Below are positions 39,326 through 52,012 of a stretch of 64,000 nt of DNA, in pieces. The stretch lies in NCBI GenBank assembly GCA_030390025.1, contig CM059446.1, positions 38,378,001 to 38,442,000 of the forward strand, written 5' to 3'. Origin of the DNA: Squalus acanthias (taxonomy: Eukaryota). Position 1 is the first letter of the stretch. The number at the start of each line of letters is the position of its first letter. The position numbers and the translations under genes are program-made. The notes below the pieces were generated by a model. It saw only the letters and a list, made by a program, of their open reading frames with translations. It had not been told where the DNA came from and searched no databases.

Positions 39326-41290
39326 AGAATCTACCATAAGTTTAAAAAAAAGAGAAATAGATTAATACAAATAAATAAACAAAATACAGCCCGTCCCTTA
39401 CTATGATGAAAAATTAGGATTATTTTCTTATCAACATCAGATCACAATTAGTACTTATAATTAAAAATCATCAATTCCACCACACTTAACCTTACAATAC
39501 TTCCATATACTGTAGGTAGCAAGTTGAATGTTAAAATCTACATTGCCACATTAAGAATAGTCACAGAAAACTGCCAGAGAAAAGAAAGCACAAGGCATTA
39601 TTTACAGTATTCCTTTTTTAGGTTGTCAGATTACTGCTGCAGTCTTCAAACAGCAAAGATAGAGAATAAACATCAGTTAACCATCATGCCTTTAAGCAAT
39701 TAAATTTTCATATGCAATTGTCTACACGACTGAGATATTTCTGAAAAACAATGCAATAATATATTGAGTCTGAAGGGTTTGTTTGGCAAATGTTCCAGAC
39801 AATTTGAGTTCTAACACAAACAAACTAATTTGATTGTTTAAGGGTATTAGATGCTGGCTTATTTAAACCTCCTGCAGTTCTTTCGCATTATGAGCACTGG
39901 ATTCCTTTGTAGCTTAGAACTTTCAAGCTATGTTGGATAGATACTGTATTGTGAAACTGCAATCAAAATATTTAGTTAACAAAGACTTAGCAGGATGTTA
40001 ACAGGTTTCCAGTACCTTGCATTTTCAAAATGGTCACATTTTTAGTTCGCAGCAAGACCCATAAAAGTGAAGAACTAATCAGGGCAAGGGGTGAAGTTAA
40101 AGTATCACACAAAGCTAGAAACATAATAGGATAAAACTACGAGCATAATAAATATGACTTTTTGTTCCATGCTCACTGTCGCAGAAAATTGGAAGCCACG
40201 GGAATAAGTTCTCCAGTCTCCTAGCTAGCCAGCAACAACCCTGTGTATTAGAAATTAATGTGAAATCACATCATTATCGTACACCTTTACAGAAATCATA
40301 ATTCATATGTGGTAAAGGCAGATAAACATGCATTCTATTGATGTTCCTCCCTGCAAGTAGCTTTGGGCTGTAGTGCTATTTCATTCACAATATTTCAAAT
40401 TGCACATTTTTTTGCTGTTAGTTGTAAGGTGTCTTTTTTAGAATCTGTCATTTTGACGCAGCAATGATTTTACTTCCCTGCATTATAGCGCAACTGTTAA
40501 AGTTCCATGAATGTATACAGATGGGAACTCATGACCTGAATTCCTACTGGTAAAGGGAATTTGTCTTCATAACTATAATGGACAAAATGGTTTAGATAAT
40601 ATGTTTTAAGCCACAACTAAATCATTTGTGGTTTCCTTAGTTCTTAACTATATATCTTAGCACTCAATGTGCAGATCACAGACTCTGTTAGGTTAGAAAT
40701 GTCCCATTTGGTTCAGATTAAACATAAATCTTTATTTATGGTAAAAGGGTTGTCTTATAGCACTAATTACCAGTTTTTTTTAATGATACAGGAATATATT
40801 TGTCTCTTGGTTTAATTTTTTTCCCCAAGTTCAATCACAGAACACTGGACACAATGAAAAGTATCAGGAAATATAAATATTTTCACAAGTATTCAAAGAG
40901 ATGAAAGATTGTTTCAGCTTGTAGATGGATCTAAATTGAAGTAGCTTCATTATAATGAGGACTTCAGGGATACAGAAGCAGTGGCCACTGGTGGCAACCA
41001 ATCTAGAATTTATGCCTGTTAGTACTACCAGTCAAGTTTCTGAAAAAACATAGATTGCAGCCAGCATTACAGTGTACAAAATAATCAATATTTCATGCAA
41101 ATTATGAGTATGATTATGCCAGAATATGTATAAGTAAATGATGCCTCTTGCACTTATCTTAAACCAGAAAATGAATTCATTAGATATTCTGCAGATTTTG
41201 CTTTAGACTAACATTACTTTGAATTTTTCAAGTGTTTATTATTGCTGTTTTAAATCGAAGCAAGTAAGTTCTCTGGACCTTTCAGGTCTC

Positions 41291-41550
41291 TAGGGTTGCC
41301 AACCCTCCTGGATTGCCTTGGCGTCTCCAGGAATTAAATATTCATCTCCATGACACTGCTGCGAGCAACCAGGGAGAAAAATCATAGAGGTGTTTAAAAA
41401 ATGTATGTATTTTCCACTTTCGTTTATTCGTTATAAAAATATTGGAGAAGGATTTTAAAAAAGGCTGTTTAACTGGGCGGGGCGGTTGGAGGCAGGAGTT
41501 TCATAAGATGAAACCTTCAAGAATATGTCCAACCAGGATTGGCAACCCAG
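41291..41550. mobile_element. Non-autonomous hAT (Blackjack-like) MITE
   Basis: TIRs TAGGGTTGCCAA / TTGGCAACCCAG. Flanks CAGGTCTC (41283-41290) and CATGTCTC (41551-41558) form an 8-bp TSD with one mismatch. Confidence 0.8.
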
Positions 41551-42340
41551 CATGTCTCTGTGCCTTCGTATGTCTGTGGTTGAGCTATTAAGTTGATGGG
41601 GAAAATTTGAATCCAGCAATAAGAACAGCAAAACAAATGTGCTGGTGTTATTTTATTGGTTTCTAAAACATTTTTGGACAGACGGCTGGGTAACACCAAG
41701 CAACGCAGAATTCTGTAAATGTGGTTTGAAAAGTTGATCAAGAAGCACAAATAAATAAATGGAAAAGAAACATGCATGTGCCAGTAGTCAATGTCAAACA
41801 GCATTTGGGATCAATTAACCACATGGAATGTTAAAGTTTCTTGTTTACACATTCCTTCCCTTGATCTGTGGTTATAGTCACAAAACAGTCCAAGGTCTGA
41901 GGACAGAGACCAGCAAAGTCAGAATTCAGTAAATCATCCCTAAATTTAGAACGGCCTGGAAAAGGGAAACAAAGCATTAGCTTCTAACAGTATTTAAGTT
42001 CTACCTAAAACTAGGCCTGTGTGATAACTGTGATACTTTGAGAAAAAGGTGCAATTACTAGAGCGCCAGTTAAATTATATTTCTTCGTAAAACTTAAATA
42101 TGAAGGTTGCGAGTCGAAACATGTCCTTTAACCTCAAATTGATCCTAGTCAGAATGGATGAATGTCTCCTTTCTCTTGGAGTCCGATGTGAAATGACTTT
42201 GGTCAGTATCAATCTACATGAACTGGCTGCAAGTCCGCAGCCCAAACTGGTTCTCAGATCTGACACAATTGCTTTAACTTGGTAATTAGAGAGGCCATGA
42301 GGACAAATAGTGTGGGAGATGGAAAAGGCATGCTAATGCT

Positions 42341-42342
<2 letters not shown>

Positions 42343-42381
<39 letters not shown>
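42343..42381. repeat. (GT)n microsatellite
   Basis: Read directly from the sequence. Confidence 0.95.
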
Positions 42382-42383
<2 letters not shown>

Positions 42384-43383
42384 ATCTAAGTGCACTGTCA
42401 TAACAATACAGAAAGAGCTGCTAATTGCATTTAGTTCATTCTATACCTTTCTTGGCTGTGCTGGATGCTGTTACCAGGTGCAAAGTGAAAACATTTTCAT
42501 TTCTGCAACACTGTCAATCCTCACATTGATGAGCACAAATGCATGAAACCACAAGAGTGTTAGAATGTATAACAATCTCTGCAATAAGATTTGGCGCACA
42601 ATTTCAGATTACATGGAGATGAGCTTATGAACCGATTTAATTTTTTATGTTTACTGGTATGAAAGCAGATCTATTATAATGGAAAGTCCTCTAGCAAGGA
42701 AACTAGTGCCCTTTTTAAACCATCAATTCAGTCACGTCGAAGAACAGTTCTAAAAATAAAATTTATAACCAGAAGTTTGAGGATCATTAGTAATTACATG
42801 TATTTACGGTTGCAATGTTTAAACAACACCTGTAGTTGAAGGGGTTTTGTGGGTGGGTTTAGATGCCTTGTTAAGTGACGCTGTCCCTTGTTCGCTGAAG
42901 TTACTGATAATTCCCACTCCAGGTCTGACAAGGTGGAGGGTATTATACAGCTGTTGCAAAAGAATTTAATGGCCAAAAATTCAACCAATTGCAGGGATGT
43001 AGAGTATTTGCATCATGTTTCTATGACTGTTCTTAATGGTGGTGTTATATTTGTATTATGTTGCAATGTTAGCTATTTCTTTTTTCTCCCCGAAGAATAA
43101 ATTAATTTAAAATGTTTATTCATTCCAATTTTTTTTATTTTTTTTTACAGTGTTCACTACAGCTCACAGTCTTTTCCCATATGCTTGCCAGATTGCAATT
43201 TGACTTCAACTTTCAAACTTACTCAGAGATTGCATGGATTTTCTTGTACTCGATTTCAGGAGTCTCAGGGAAGGTCAATCACTCAATTTTGTGATGCAAG
43301 AAATCCCATATTATCAAGAGCACAGATCTGGCTCCACAACATCACCATTGCTGCATAAATGGTGAGAAATAAAAAAGTATAAT

Positions 43384-43455
43384 ACAACAACAACTTGTAT
43401 TTATATAGCACCTTTAACATAGTAAAATGCCCGAAGGCGCTTCACAGGAGTATTA
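43384..43455 (-). mobile_element. Very short L2 3' tail
   Basis: acaacaacaacttgtatttatatagcacctttaac...gcgcttcacaggagtatt, the same terminus as at 38988 and 47520. Confidence 0.75.
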
Positions 43456-44099
43456 AAAGAAAAAAAAATAATCCAATAAGTTATAGGTATCTACACTAGA
43501 TACATACGCTACATACAGACATGTGCAAGCTACAATTGTCCCCTCCCGTGAGCCATCGTACAAATTTAATTAAAACAATTATAACACAGTGTAACAACGG
43601 AGGAACAAGATCCATGAGTCTCATGCTTGTGATGGTAAGTTTACTCAAAAGAGTAAAAAAATGTCTTTAAAAATGCTTTCCAGAAGATTTTACTTCTCCT
43701 CAAAACATGATCAGCGTAAATAGAATGTATAATGGGAGTGATAAGCAAACACAGGAGATGTTCTCTTTGCATGTCAAGCAAATCCCCAACTTGTGCCCTG
43801 CCCCCAAAAAAATTCAAGTAAAATATCATTAAGCTCATAGGAAAAGCATGGCTTATAAGGCTCAAGCAGAAGGAAAATCCTCTATTCTTTGGATATGTGT
43901 ATTGAGAATGGAGTGTAGCGATGTCACTACACTTCCTTTGAGTGACAGCATTGGTAGAACAGGACTGAAGTACTGTCACAAAGTAATGGCCATTTGCATT
44001 AACAGCATCTCTAGTAGTGTATTATTGCTGTGCCCGTCTGTCCATCACAAATTGTTGGAAAAATCCAGCCCCACCATTAATGGGAAGACCAAAATACAA

Positions 44100-45180
44100 A
44101 AGATGGTTTGTAACTTCTGAAAGGCATTTGATAAAGTTTCAAACTAAAGATTACTAATTAAGCTCAAAGTTGTGTGGATTCAGGACTAAAGGCATGGAGA
44201 AGGAAGTGGCTGAAGGGTAGATAACAGCAGGTACTGGTTAAGGGTCAAAGTCAGGGTGAGGGGAATGCTGAGTAAGGTGCACCAGTACTCAGTGCAGGGG
44301 CCACTACTGTTTCTAATTTACACCAATGACCTGGATTCTGAAACTCAATGCAAATGGGTTACATTTGTAGATGATACTAAACTAGGAAGGGTAGTGGAAT
44401 TGAAGCAGGCAGCTCAGAAATTATGAGCTAAGCAAAATATGCGAGGGAGCAGGTGAAATTTAATGCAGACAAGTGTAAAGTAAGGCACATAGGAAGGGAA
44501 AAATGGGCACCATGCATACTTCATGAATGATGTTGAAATAGCTAAGGATGAAAGAGATGTAGGAGTCTAGTAGACTCAAGGCTCAATGTGTCCAGCCAAT
44601 GCAAAGCAGCAATCAACAAAGCCAATAGAAAGTTGAACTACATAGCCCAAAACAGTGGAGTACAAGTCAAAGGAAGTCATGATCAAACTGCACAGTGTTC
44701 TGCTCAGATCAGCTGTGGGCAGTTTTGGTTACTGAGAAATGTGGGAAAGACTCAAGCATTGGAGACGATGCAGAGAAGAACGACAAGACTAATCCCCACT
44801 ATCAGTGGTCTGTGTTTATGAGGAAAGACTGGAGAGAACTGGAATTTTCAGCCTGGAGAGGAGGCATCGGAGTAGTGATCTTGTAGAGGTAAGTCAGATA
44901 GTAAATGGTATGGAAAATGTTAATCCAGAGTACCACTTGAAATGAAACTGCGGAAGTAGAACAAAAGATACATAAATTCAAACTAGTAAATGAAACTCTA
45001 GGAGGTTCTTCTTCACACAGAGAGTGATCAACACTTTGAATGGACTTCTGGAAAGAGTGTTGGAATCATTTAAGAAACAACTAAAGGCAACACTGGGGGA
45101 GTGTAGGTTCGTTCTGGATGGATTCATTAAGTTGAGCCAAATAGCCTTTCTCATCCGTAAGTATATCGTGATCTTGTATG
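44100..45180 (+). mobile_element. Old degenerate CR1 LINE (RT domain to 3' end)
   Basis: Frameshifted RT motifs KAFDKV, GPLLFLIYTNDLD, FVDDTKLG, KFNADKCKV, QRRTTRLIP, RFFFTQRVI. Confidence 0.85.
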
Positions 45181-47519
45181 GCACTAATTTTCACGAGTAC
45201 TGCACCAATCTTATTTAAGTATGTGTGCTAATAAAACATTATCATGCATGTGAAGGCATTTGAAAACATAATTGAAGAAAAATCAAAAATAAAACTGATT
45301 AGAAAACAGAAATATCATTATTAAAGAACTTTGAATTGCTTGGTAATTGGAACAGCCAATAATTTACGTGCTGAAGTTAAGTAGAATTTCAATGCCAGTT
45401 TAATAATGAGTAGCAAGGGACCTAAGGACTGATGGGTAATGGACATGCACTGTGCGGTATGCAACAAAACTTGGATTCCTTTAATAATCCCTATTACATC
45501 TGTTGGTGCACAGTTGGCCAATCTGCCAGCATATTAAATCACAAAACGGCATGACTGGAGTTCAAACTCGAGTTTCTGCACACAATAACACCTGTGACTG
45601 TTTGCAAAGCTTTTTGAACAGAGGAGAGGTGCAGGGGGCAAGAGGGAAAGTAGGAAGGAACAGCGGACTCGAGGAACATACATGCACTGCTGCAGTGGGA
45701 GCGGGCCATGTGAAAAATAAATGTATTGATCAATATTCACCACTTGAGTTAATTCAGGAATAACAATTTAAATCTGAAATCACATTCAGGCCAAATCTTT
45801 GGCAGTGAGCTTTTATTGTAACGTATACACCCACATGCCTTTCCCTGGACTCAACAGCACTTTCAAACTGATGTAAAGTTATGAGTTTTAATGGGGTATC
45901 TTTTTTTTTCTGGATCATCTGACCTATTTACTTTACGGCATGGCAACAAGATCTCCAATCAGATGCAGTTTATGTGCTGAGATTGGTTAATGGGGAATTG
46001 TTACTGATGGCAGGGAGGGGGAAGAGCCAGAATGTTGGCATTTTCCTTGGGATGAGATAACACACAAGCAACACGATCAAATGACATGTTTGGACGTAAA
46101 CGATACTATTGTGTCATGTTCGGCAAACAAACAAAAGAAGGCTACTTGAATACTTTTCAGTCACAATGGTGACTCTTTTGATACCTGCTGTCCTACCTTT
46201 ATGACTTCGAAATATTTCAAGGGATCGTCAAGGAAAGATGTCAGTTGCTATCAGATACCGCAACCTCTGTATTCTCTAGAAGAGAGATGTATTCTCAAAG
46301 ATGTATTATAGCATCTCAGGGGGCTCTGAACAAAACATGGCTCCAGCACACTAAGGAACAATGTGCTTGTCGTCCTCAGTGTTTATGTAGTGTGAGGTGC
46401 TCTCTTAGTTTTACATGGATCACGTGATCCTGATTCTACGCTGCAATTGGTTTCATTGGATTGTGTAATATAAATTCTTTTATATTTGTGCTACACAGGA
46501 AATATAATAGGAATGTCAAATATGAGAAACCTAATATAAGCCTATGATAGCTGGTTAAAACTGGAAAGGACAGCTGATCTTAGTCAGACCAGACAGTACT
46601 ATCTTCCTTCACATTCCTTTCTCCCCCATTGACCATCTCATGTTCCATCTAATTAACCAAACTCATTTTCCACTGTGCATGCGCCACGCAGTACCTCTCT
46701 TCCATGCTCCTGACTATGTTGGCTCAGTGTAAAATGAGGTATCCCTCTGGGTTGTCAATTCATATCAGATTAGGATAGTAATCATGTCATGAGCCACTAC
46801 CATGGAATGGGCGGGTCTGTGTGTGCGTGCTTGTGTGGGGGACCATGTCCAAGAATTTCTTATTTTTGCATTAAAATTGAAATCTGCTAACAGTAAATCA
46901 AAAATAAATATTCCCAAATCTGTTTCAATCTGCATTCCTCAGACTGCACTCCAACTTGTTTGTTTCCCTACTGAGCCACACCAGAACATCTTGAGACTAG
47001 CTGATTAACCATACTTATTATCTCTCTAACTCTCTGCCACTCTCTTTGCACTGTGTATAGCGCACTGCCAGCCACAATCACAGAGAACTGTATCGGAGCA
47101 GTCTTGATCACGCTGTCTTGCATCCGCAGCTTTGACTTACATGCCAGTTGGCATTCGGTATCAACTCGATCAACAAGGCAACTGGTGGTGATGTGCTGCA
47201 GAGAAAAAGGACGGCTGCATGGGGTGAATCATTCATTTCCATGGAGTTAGTGACCTGGGTGTGGATAATAGTTATATTTCATCAAAGTTCCTGATCCAGT
47301 CTTGTTCAGGTTATGGCTACTTCGCAACAAGTCACGTGGTCTGTGTGGTGACTGCATCACAGCAAAACATATACTCACCACATTTTTCTTTCCTTTTATT
47401 AGATGGAGGATGTGTCAGCAACTTTTACCTTTTGGTGTTTTATATCTAGTTTTCTTCCTATCATTATTTACATTTTAATCTGTAATATTCCTTAGCACGA
47501 GTGGTACTATTTTATAGAT

Positions 47520-48290
47520 AACAACAACAACTTGCATTTATATAGCACCTTTAATGTAATAAGACATTCCAAGGTACTTCACAGGAGCTTTATCAGATTG
47601 GTCAAAGTGGCAGGTATTAAAGAGCGTCTGAAAGGAGAAGAAAGAAAGACTAGCGCCTTTCACGACCACCGGATGTCCCAAAGCACTTAAAAGCCAATTA
47701 AGTACTTTTGAAGTGTAGTTACTGTTGTAATGTAGGAAACGCGGCAGCCAATTTGCACACAGCAAGCTTCCACAAACAGCAATGTGATAATTACCAGATA
47801 ATCTGTTTGAGTGATAAATATTGCCCAGGACACCAGGGATAACTCCCCTGCTCTTCTTCGAAATAGTGCCATAGGATCTATTACATCCACCTGAGAGAGA
47901 GCAGACAGAGCCTCGGTTTAACATCTCATCTGAAAGACGGCACCTCCAGCAGTGTAGCACTCCCTCAGCACTGCACTGGAGTGTCAGCTTAGATTTTTGT
48001 GCTTAAGTCTCTGGAGTGGGACTTGAACCCACAACCTTCTGACTCAGAGGCGAGAGTGTTACCCACTGAGCCATTGGCTGACACATAGTGAGGCAGAGAG
48101 GTTTATGCAGGGAATTCCAGAGCTTAGGGCCCAGATGGCTGAAGGCACGGCCGCCAATGGTGGTGTGAGGGAAGGACGAGGATGGACGAGAGGCCAGAGT
48201 TGGAGGAAGGATGTAAGGCTGGAGGAGGTTATAAAAATAGGGAGGGGCGATGCAATAGAGGGATTTGAACACAAGAATGAGAATTTCTAA
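47520..48290 (-). mobile_element. L2 3' fragment split by a nested DeuSINE (L2 parts 47520-47640 and 48085-48290)
   Basis: (AAC)n tail at 47520. The right part encodes TIGGRAFSHLGPKLWNSLHKPLCL and ILILVFKSL. The two halves rejoin to match the 39.1 kb copy. Confidence 0.82.
47641..48084 (-). mobile_element. tRNA-derived DeuSINE (SacSINE1-like), near full length
   Basis: A box TGGCTCAGTGG, B box GGTTCAAGTCCC, Deu domain GATCCTATGGCACTATTTCGAAGAAGAGCAGGGGAG...GCAAATTGGCTGCC, L2-like tail ending (CTTT)n. Confidence 0.88.
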
Positions 48291-48989
48291 GTAAGTAAAA
48301 TTAAAATAGATAAATAGAGAGGTTTCATCTATTCTAAGCATGATGTTTGAGAACCGATGCCATATTGATCCAACTACCATGTGCTCTTTGGCAGGCATTG
48401 AAGTGTTGTCTGTATAAGTTTTCCAAGAGCATTTTCACATCGACTGAGAAGGATGAGTTATAATTGCCAACACTCTGCCATACAAACCGATCATCATATT
48501 CCTACACATCACATATATGTATTTCAGTATTTGTAATGCAAATGCCATTCCCATTCTTCCACACTCTTAACTTCTTATGCTGAATGTATGCTTGAGTCAG
48601 AAGGTAACATCTAATGCATGAAACAGAGCAATAGACCCACACACAAGCAGTGTGAAAACATGCAAACCCCTGGGATGATGATCTAAACACAGGTAATACT
48701 TAATAGCACAATGCACAAATATTTTTATTATTGAGAATGTAACATCTGCCTCGTTTGGAGATTTCTCAAAACACTTCTAAAATGTGTAAATGAGCAGTGT
48801 TGCTGAAGTTTCTTTGAGATGTACAATAGATTTCACTTCAGTTATTGCCTGAGGATTGCATACTGCACATTCATGGAAATGTACTCAATTCTTTTAATTA
48901 CATACAGTCAAACCTTGTTATTGTAAACTTGTAAGAATCATTAAAGTAGTTCATCTTATCAGGGTTTGAGGTCCTTAATGACTGCATCA

Positions 48990-49299
48990 CACAGAATCCC
49001 CACAATGCAGATAGAGGCCATTTCGGCCCATCGAGCCTGCACCGACACATATCCCACCCTATCCCCGTAACCCCACGTATTTCATCCCCCTAACACTAAG
49101 GGTCAATTTATCATAGGCAAATCAACCTAACCCGCACATCTTTGGACTGTGGGAGGAAACCGGAGCACCCGGAGGAAACCCACGCAGACACGGGGAGCAT
49201 GTGCAAACTCCACACAGACAGTCACCCGAGGCCGGATTCGAACTCCGGTCCCTGGCGCTGTGAGGCAACAGTGCTAACCACTATGCCACCGTGTTGCCC
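48990..49299 (-). mobile_element. HE1-type V-SINE
   Basis: Head GGGCAACACGGTGGCATAGTGG...GTTCGAATCC; V domain GTGGAGTTTGCAC..CTCCCCGTGTCTGCGTGGGTTTCCTCCGGGTGCTCCGGTTTCCTCCCACAGTCCAAAGA; CR1-like tail GATGGGCCGAAATGGCCTC. Confidence 0.9.
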
Positions 49300-49918
49300 T
49301 AAAATAGAGCTTTCCAATGTGACCAAGGGAAACATTTAGAATAATGAGAAGTTGGCAATAACTGAGTTTATATTACTAGTGTATATTGTACATACTAGTA
49401 AGATTTTAGATCTTCCTCTGATTATAGACTATTTAACCCTTTGATGAATGCAGCACCATTCTCATGTCAACATTTGGTTTATTCCAAGAATACTATGAAG
49501 AAGGCACCTTCTGTTTTACATACGGCTCTCTAATTCTAGTTTCTAATATTAATCCTGAAAAATGAACTGAAAATCTCTCATGCCACTGTTATATGAAAGG
49601 ATAACTGCTCAGATTGTTTTAAGTATTTGAAAGGTTGGGATCACATCTCTGCTTCTTGCACTTGATTGTGTGCTGCCAGATTATGGAAAATGTCCTCATG
49701 TGGAAATGAATCACTTTGTGAAGTTAACCCCGCACTAAATGAACGTGTGACACAAGTTAGAATTTATCCATTTTCATGTTTTAAGATTCCAGCTCTGCAC
49801 TGACTTCTCACACAGAAGAAAGACAACATCTAAATTTTCTGCCGTGGTTTCCAATGATATTTTACAGCGACAATCATTAAAAGATACTGCTGGTAACTGA
49901 TCATACAGTAAATAAGAT

Positions 49919-50399
49919 CATAAGAACATAAGACTTAGGAGCAGGAGTAGGCCATATGCCCCCTCGAGCCTGCTCCGCCATTCAATAAGATCATGGCTGA
50001 TCTTTGACCTCAACTCCACTTACCTGCCCGATCTCCATATCCCTTGATTCCCCTAGAGCCCAAAAATCTATCTATCTCAGCCTTGAATATACTCAATGAT
50101 TCAGCATTCACAGCCCTTTGGGGTAGAGAATTCCAAAGATTCACAACCCTCTGAGTGAAGAAATTTCTCCTCATTTCAGTCTTAAAAGGCTGACCCCTTA
50201 CCCTGAGACTATGTCCCCTAGTTCTAGTCTCTCCAGCCAGGGGAAACAACCTCTCAGCATCTACCCTGTCAATCTCTCTCAGAATCTTGTATGTTTCAAT
50301 GAGATCACCTCTCATTCTTCTAAACTCCAGAGAGTATAGGCCCAATCTACACAATCTCTCCTCATAGGACAACGCTCTCATCCCAGGAATCAATCTAGT
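49919..50399 (-). mobile_element. Young 5'-truncated CR1 LINE with open RT C-terminal frame
   Basis: TRLIPGMRALSYEERLCRLGLYSLEFRRMRGDLIETYKIL...RRNFFTQRVVNLWNSLP...GKWS*, followed by a 3' UTR and CTTATGTT-type tail. Confidence 0.92.
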
Positions 50400-50812
50400 A
50401 TAGACTATAAAATAGAGAGTTCTATACAGTGTGGTGCTTTTATTCACCTTTATCACATCTAACAATATTAAAAAATGAATTAGGTGCAAGTAGCAGTTCA
50501 GCCTATTCTGCTCACATGGGAGAGAACCATTATCATCTATACAGATGCCACCAGGAACATATCTAGCAGCTCAGGTAAAATTATCAGTAGTTATTTCAAG
50601 TAGAATATTCTGGGTGAACTCTCTTTAATCATATATACATATGCACATTTATAACACTCTCAACTCTTAGCATGGGTACCAGTACCTAATTTAATTTAAT
50701 TCGTAGGATGCATTCCGCTGGACATCTGTGCAGATGCTTCCAAATCACTTTAATGCATGTGTATATTTTAAGGCATTTTTAGAGGCAGACATAGGACAAA
50801 TTGTATAAATAG

Positions 50813-51169
50813 GTGTCAGCGTGGTTCAGTTGGTAGCACTCTTGCCTCTGAGTCACTAGGTTGTGGGTTCAGGTCCCACTCCAGAGACTTGAGCACAAAA
50901 TCTAGGCTGACACTCCAATGAAGTACTTGGGGGGGGTGGGGTGGTGCTGCACTGTCGGAGGTGCCGTCTTTCGGATGAGATGTTAAACCACCTCCCAGGT
51001 GGAGGTAAAAGATCCCATGCACTATTTGAAGAGGAGCAGGGGCATTATCCCCAGTGTCCTGGCCAATATTTATCCCTCAACCAACATCACTAAAAACAGA
51101 TCTGGTCCCTAGCTCATTGCTGGGATGTCCTGAGGTCATGAAAGACGCGATATAAATGCAGTCTTTCTT
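50813..51169 (+). mobile_element. DeuSINE (SacSINE1-like) with internal deletion
   Basis: Head GTGTCAGCGTGGTTCAGTTGG..GGTTCAGGTCCC, partial Deu domain, tail GAAAGACGCGATATAAATGCAGTCTTTC. Confidence 0.85.
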
Positions 51170-51610
51170 GCAGCAAAAAGAGGAACTTCGTAAAATATCA
51201 ATCAGGTGTGGCATGTAAAGGAAGAATTTCATATCTACCCATTAATAGTGTGTAATAACCTTCAACAAATGATGTCAGTGGACAACAGCTTCTATTAGCC
51301 ATTATCATTACAAAGTACAATCTACAGTTGCACAAAAACTGCTGAAAACCTGTTCTGGATCCAAGGGTACAGAAGAACAAATACTTGCTGTAGTATGGAA
51401 GCTATGAAGAGTTCTATTGCCCCCAGCTCTCAGCTTTGAAGTTGATAGTAACTTTTGGTCCCTGTTAAACCCACAGGCTAATAGGTCAGGGGATACTTTT
51501 CTCCTTTGTGTTACTTTTAATGCAAACGTAGATGTGAGTAAACAGGTGATCAGAATTGGTAGAAAGTAGTAAATCAACATTTTATTTGTTTGTATTATTC
51601 ATCTGAGTTT

Positions 51611-52012
51611 TACATAGAAGTACATAGAATGTACAGCACAGAAACAGGCCATTTGGCCCAACTGGTCCATGCCGGTGTGTGTGCTCCACACAAACCACCT
51701 TCCACCCCACGTCATTTAACCCCATCAGCATAACCTTCTAATCCTTTCTTCCTCATGAACTTGTCTAGTTTCCCCTTAAATTCATCAATGCTATTTGCCT
51801 CAACCAATCCATGTGGTAGCAAGTTTCACATTCTCACTACTCTATCAGTAAAGAAGTTTCTCCTGAATTCTCTATTGGATTTATTAGTGACTATCTTATA
51901 TTTATGGCCCCTAGTTTTGGACTCCCCACAAGTGGAAACATCTTCTCTACGTCTACCCTATCGAACCCTTTCATATTCTTAAAGACCTCTATTAGGTCAC
52001 CCCTTAGCCTTT
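51611..52012 (-). mobile_element. CR1 LINE 3' fragment
   Basis: ATTCTATGT-type tail; minus strand RLRGDLIEVFK and RRNFFT..VVRM*NLLP remnants. Same subfamily as 59178. Confidence 0.85.

Noticed and set aside
48010-48084. tRNA gene-like A and B boxes here and at ~49230, ~50820 and ~55740
   Set aside because: These are SINE heads contiguous with SINE bodies, not tRNA genes.
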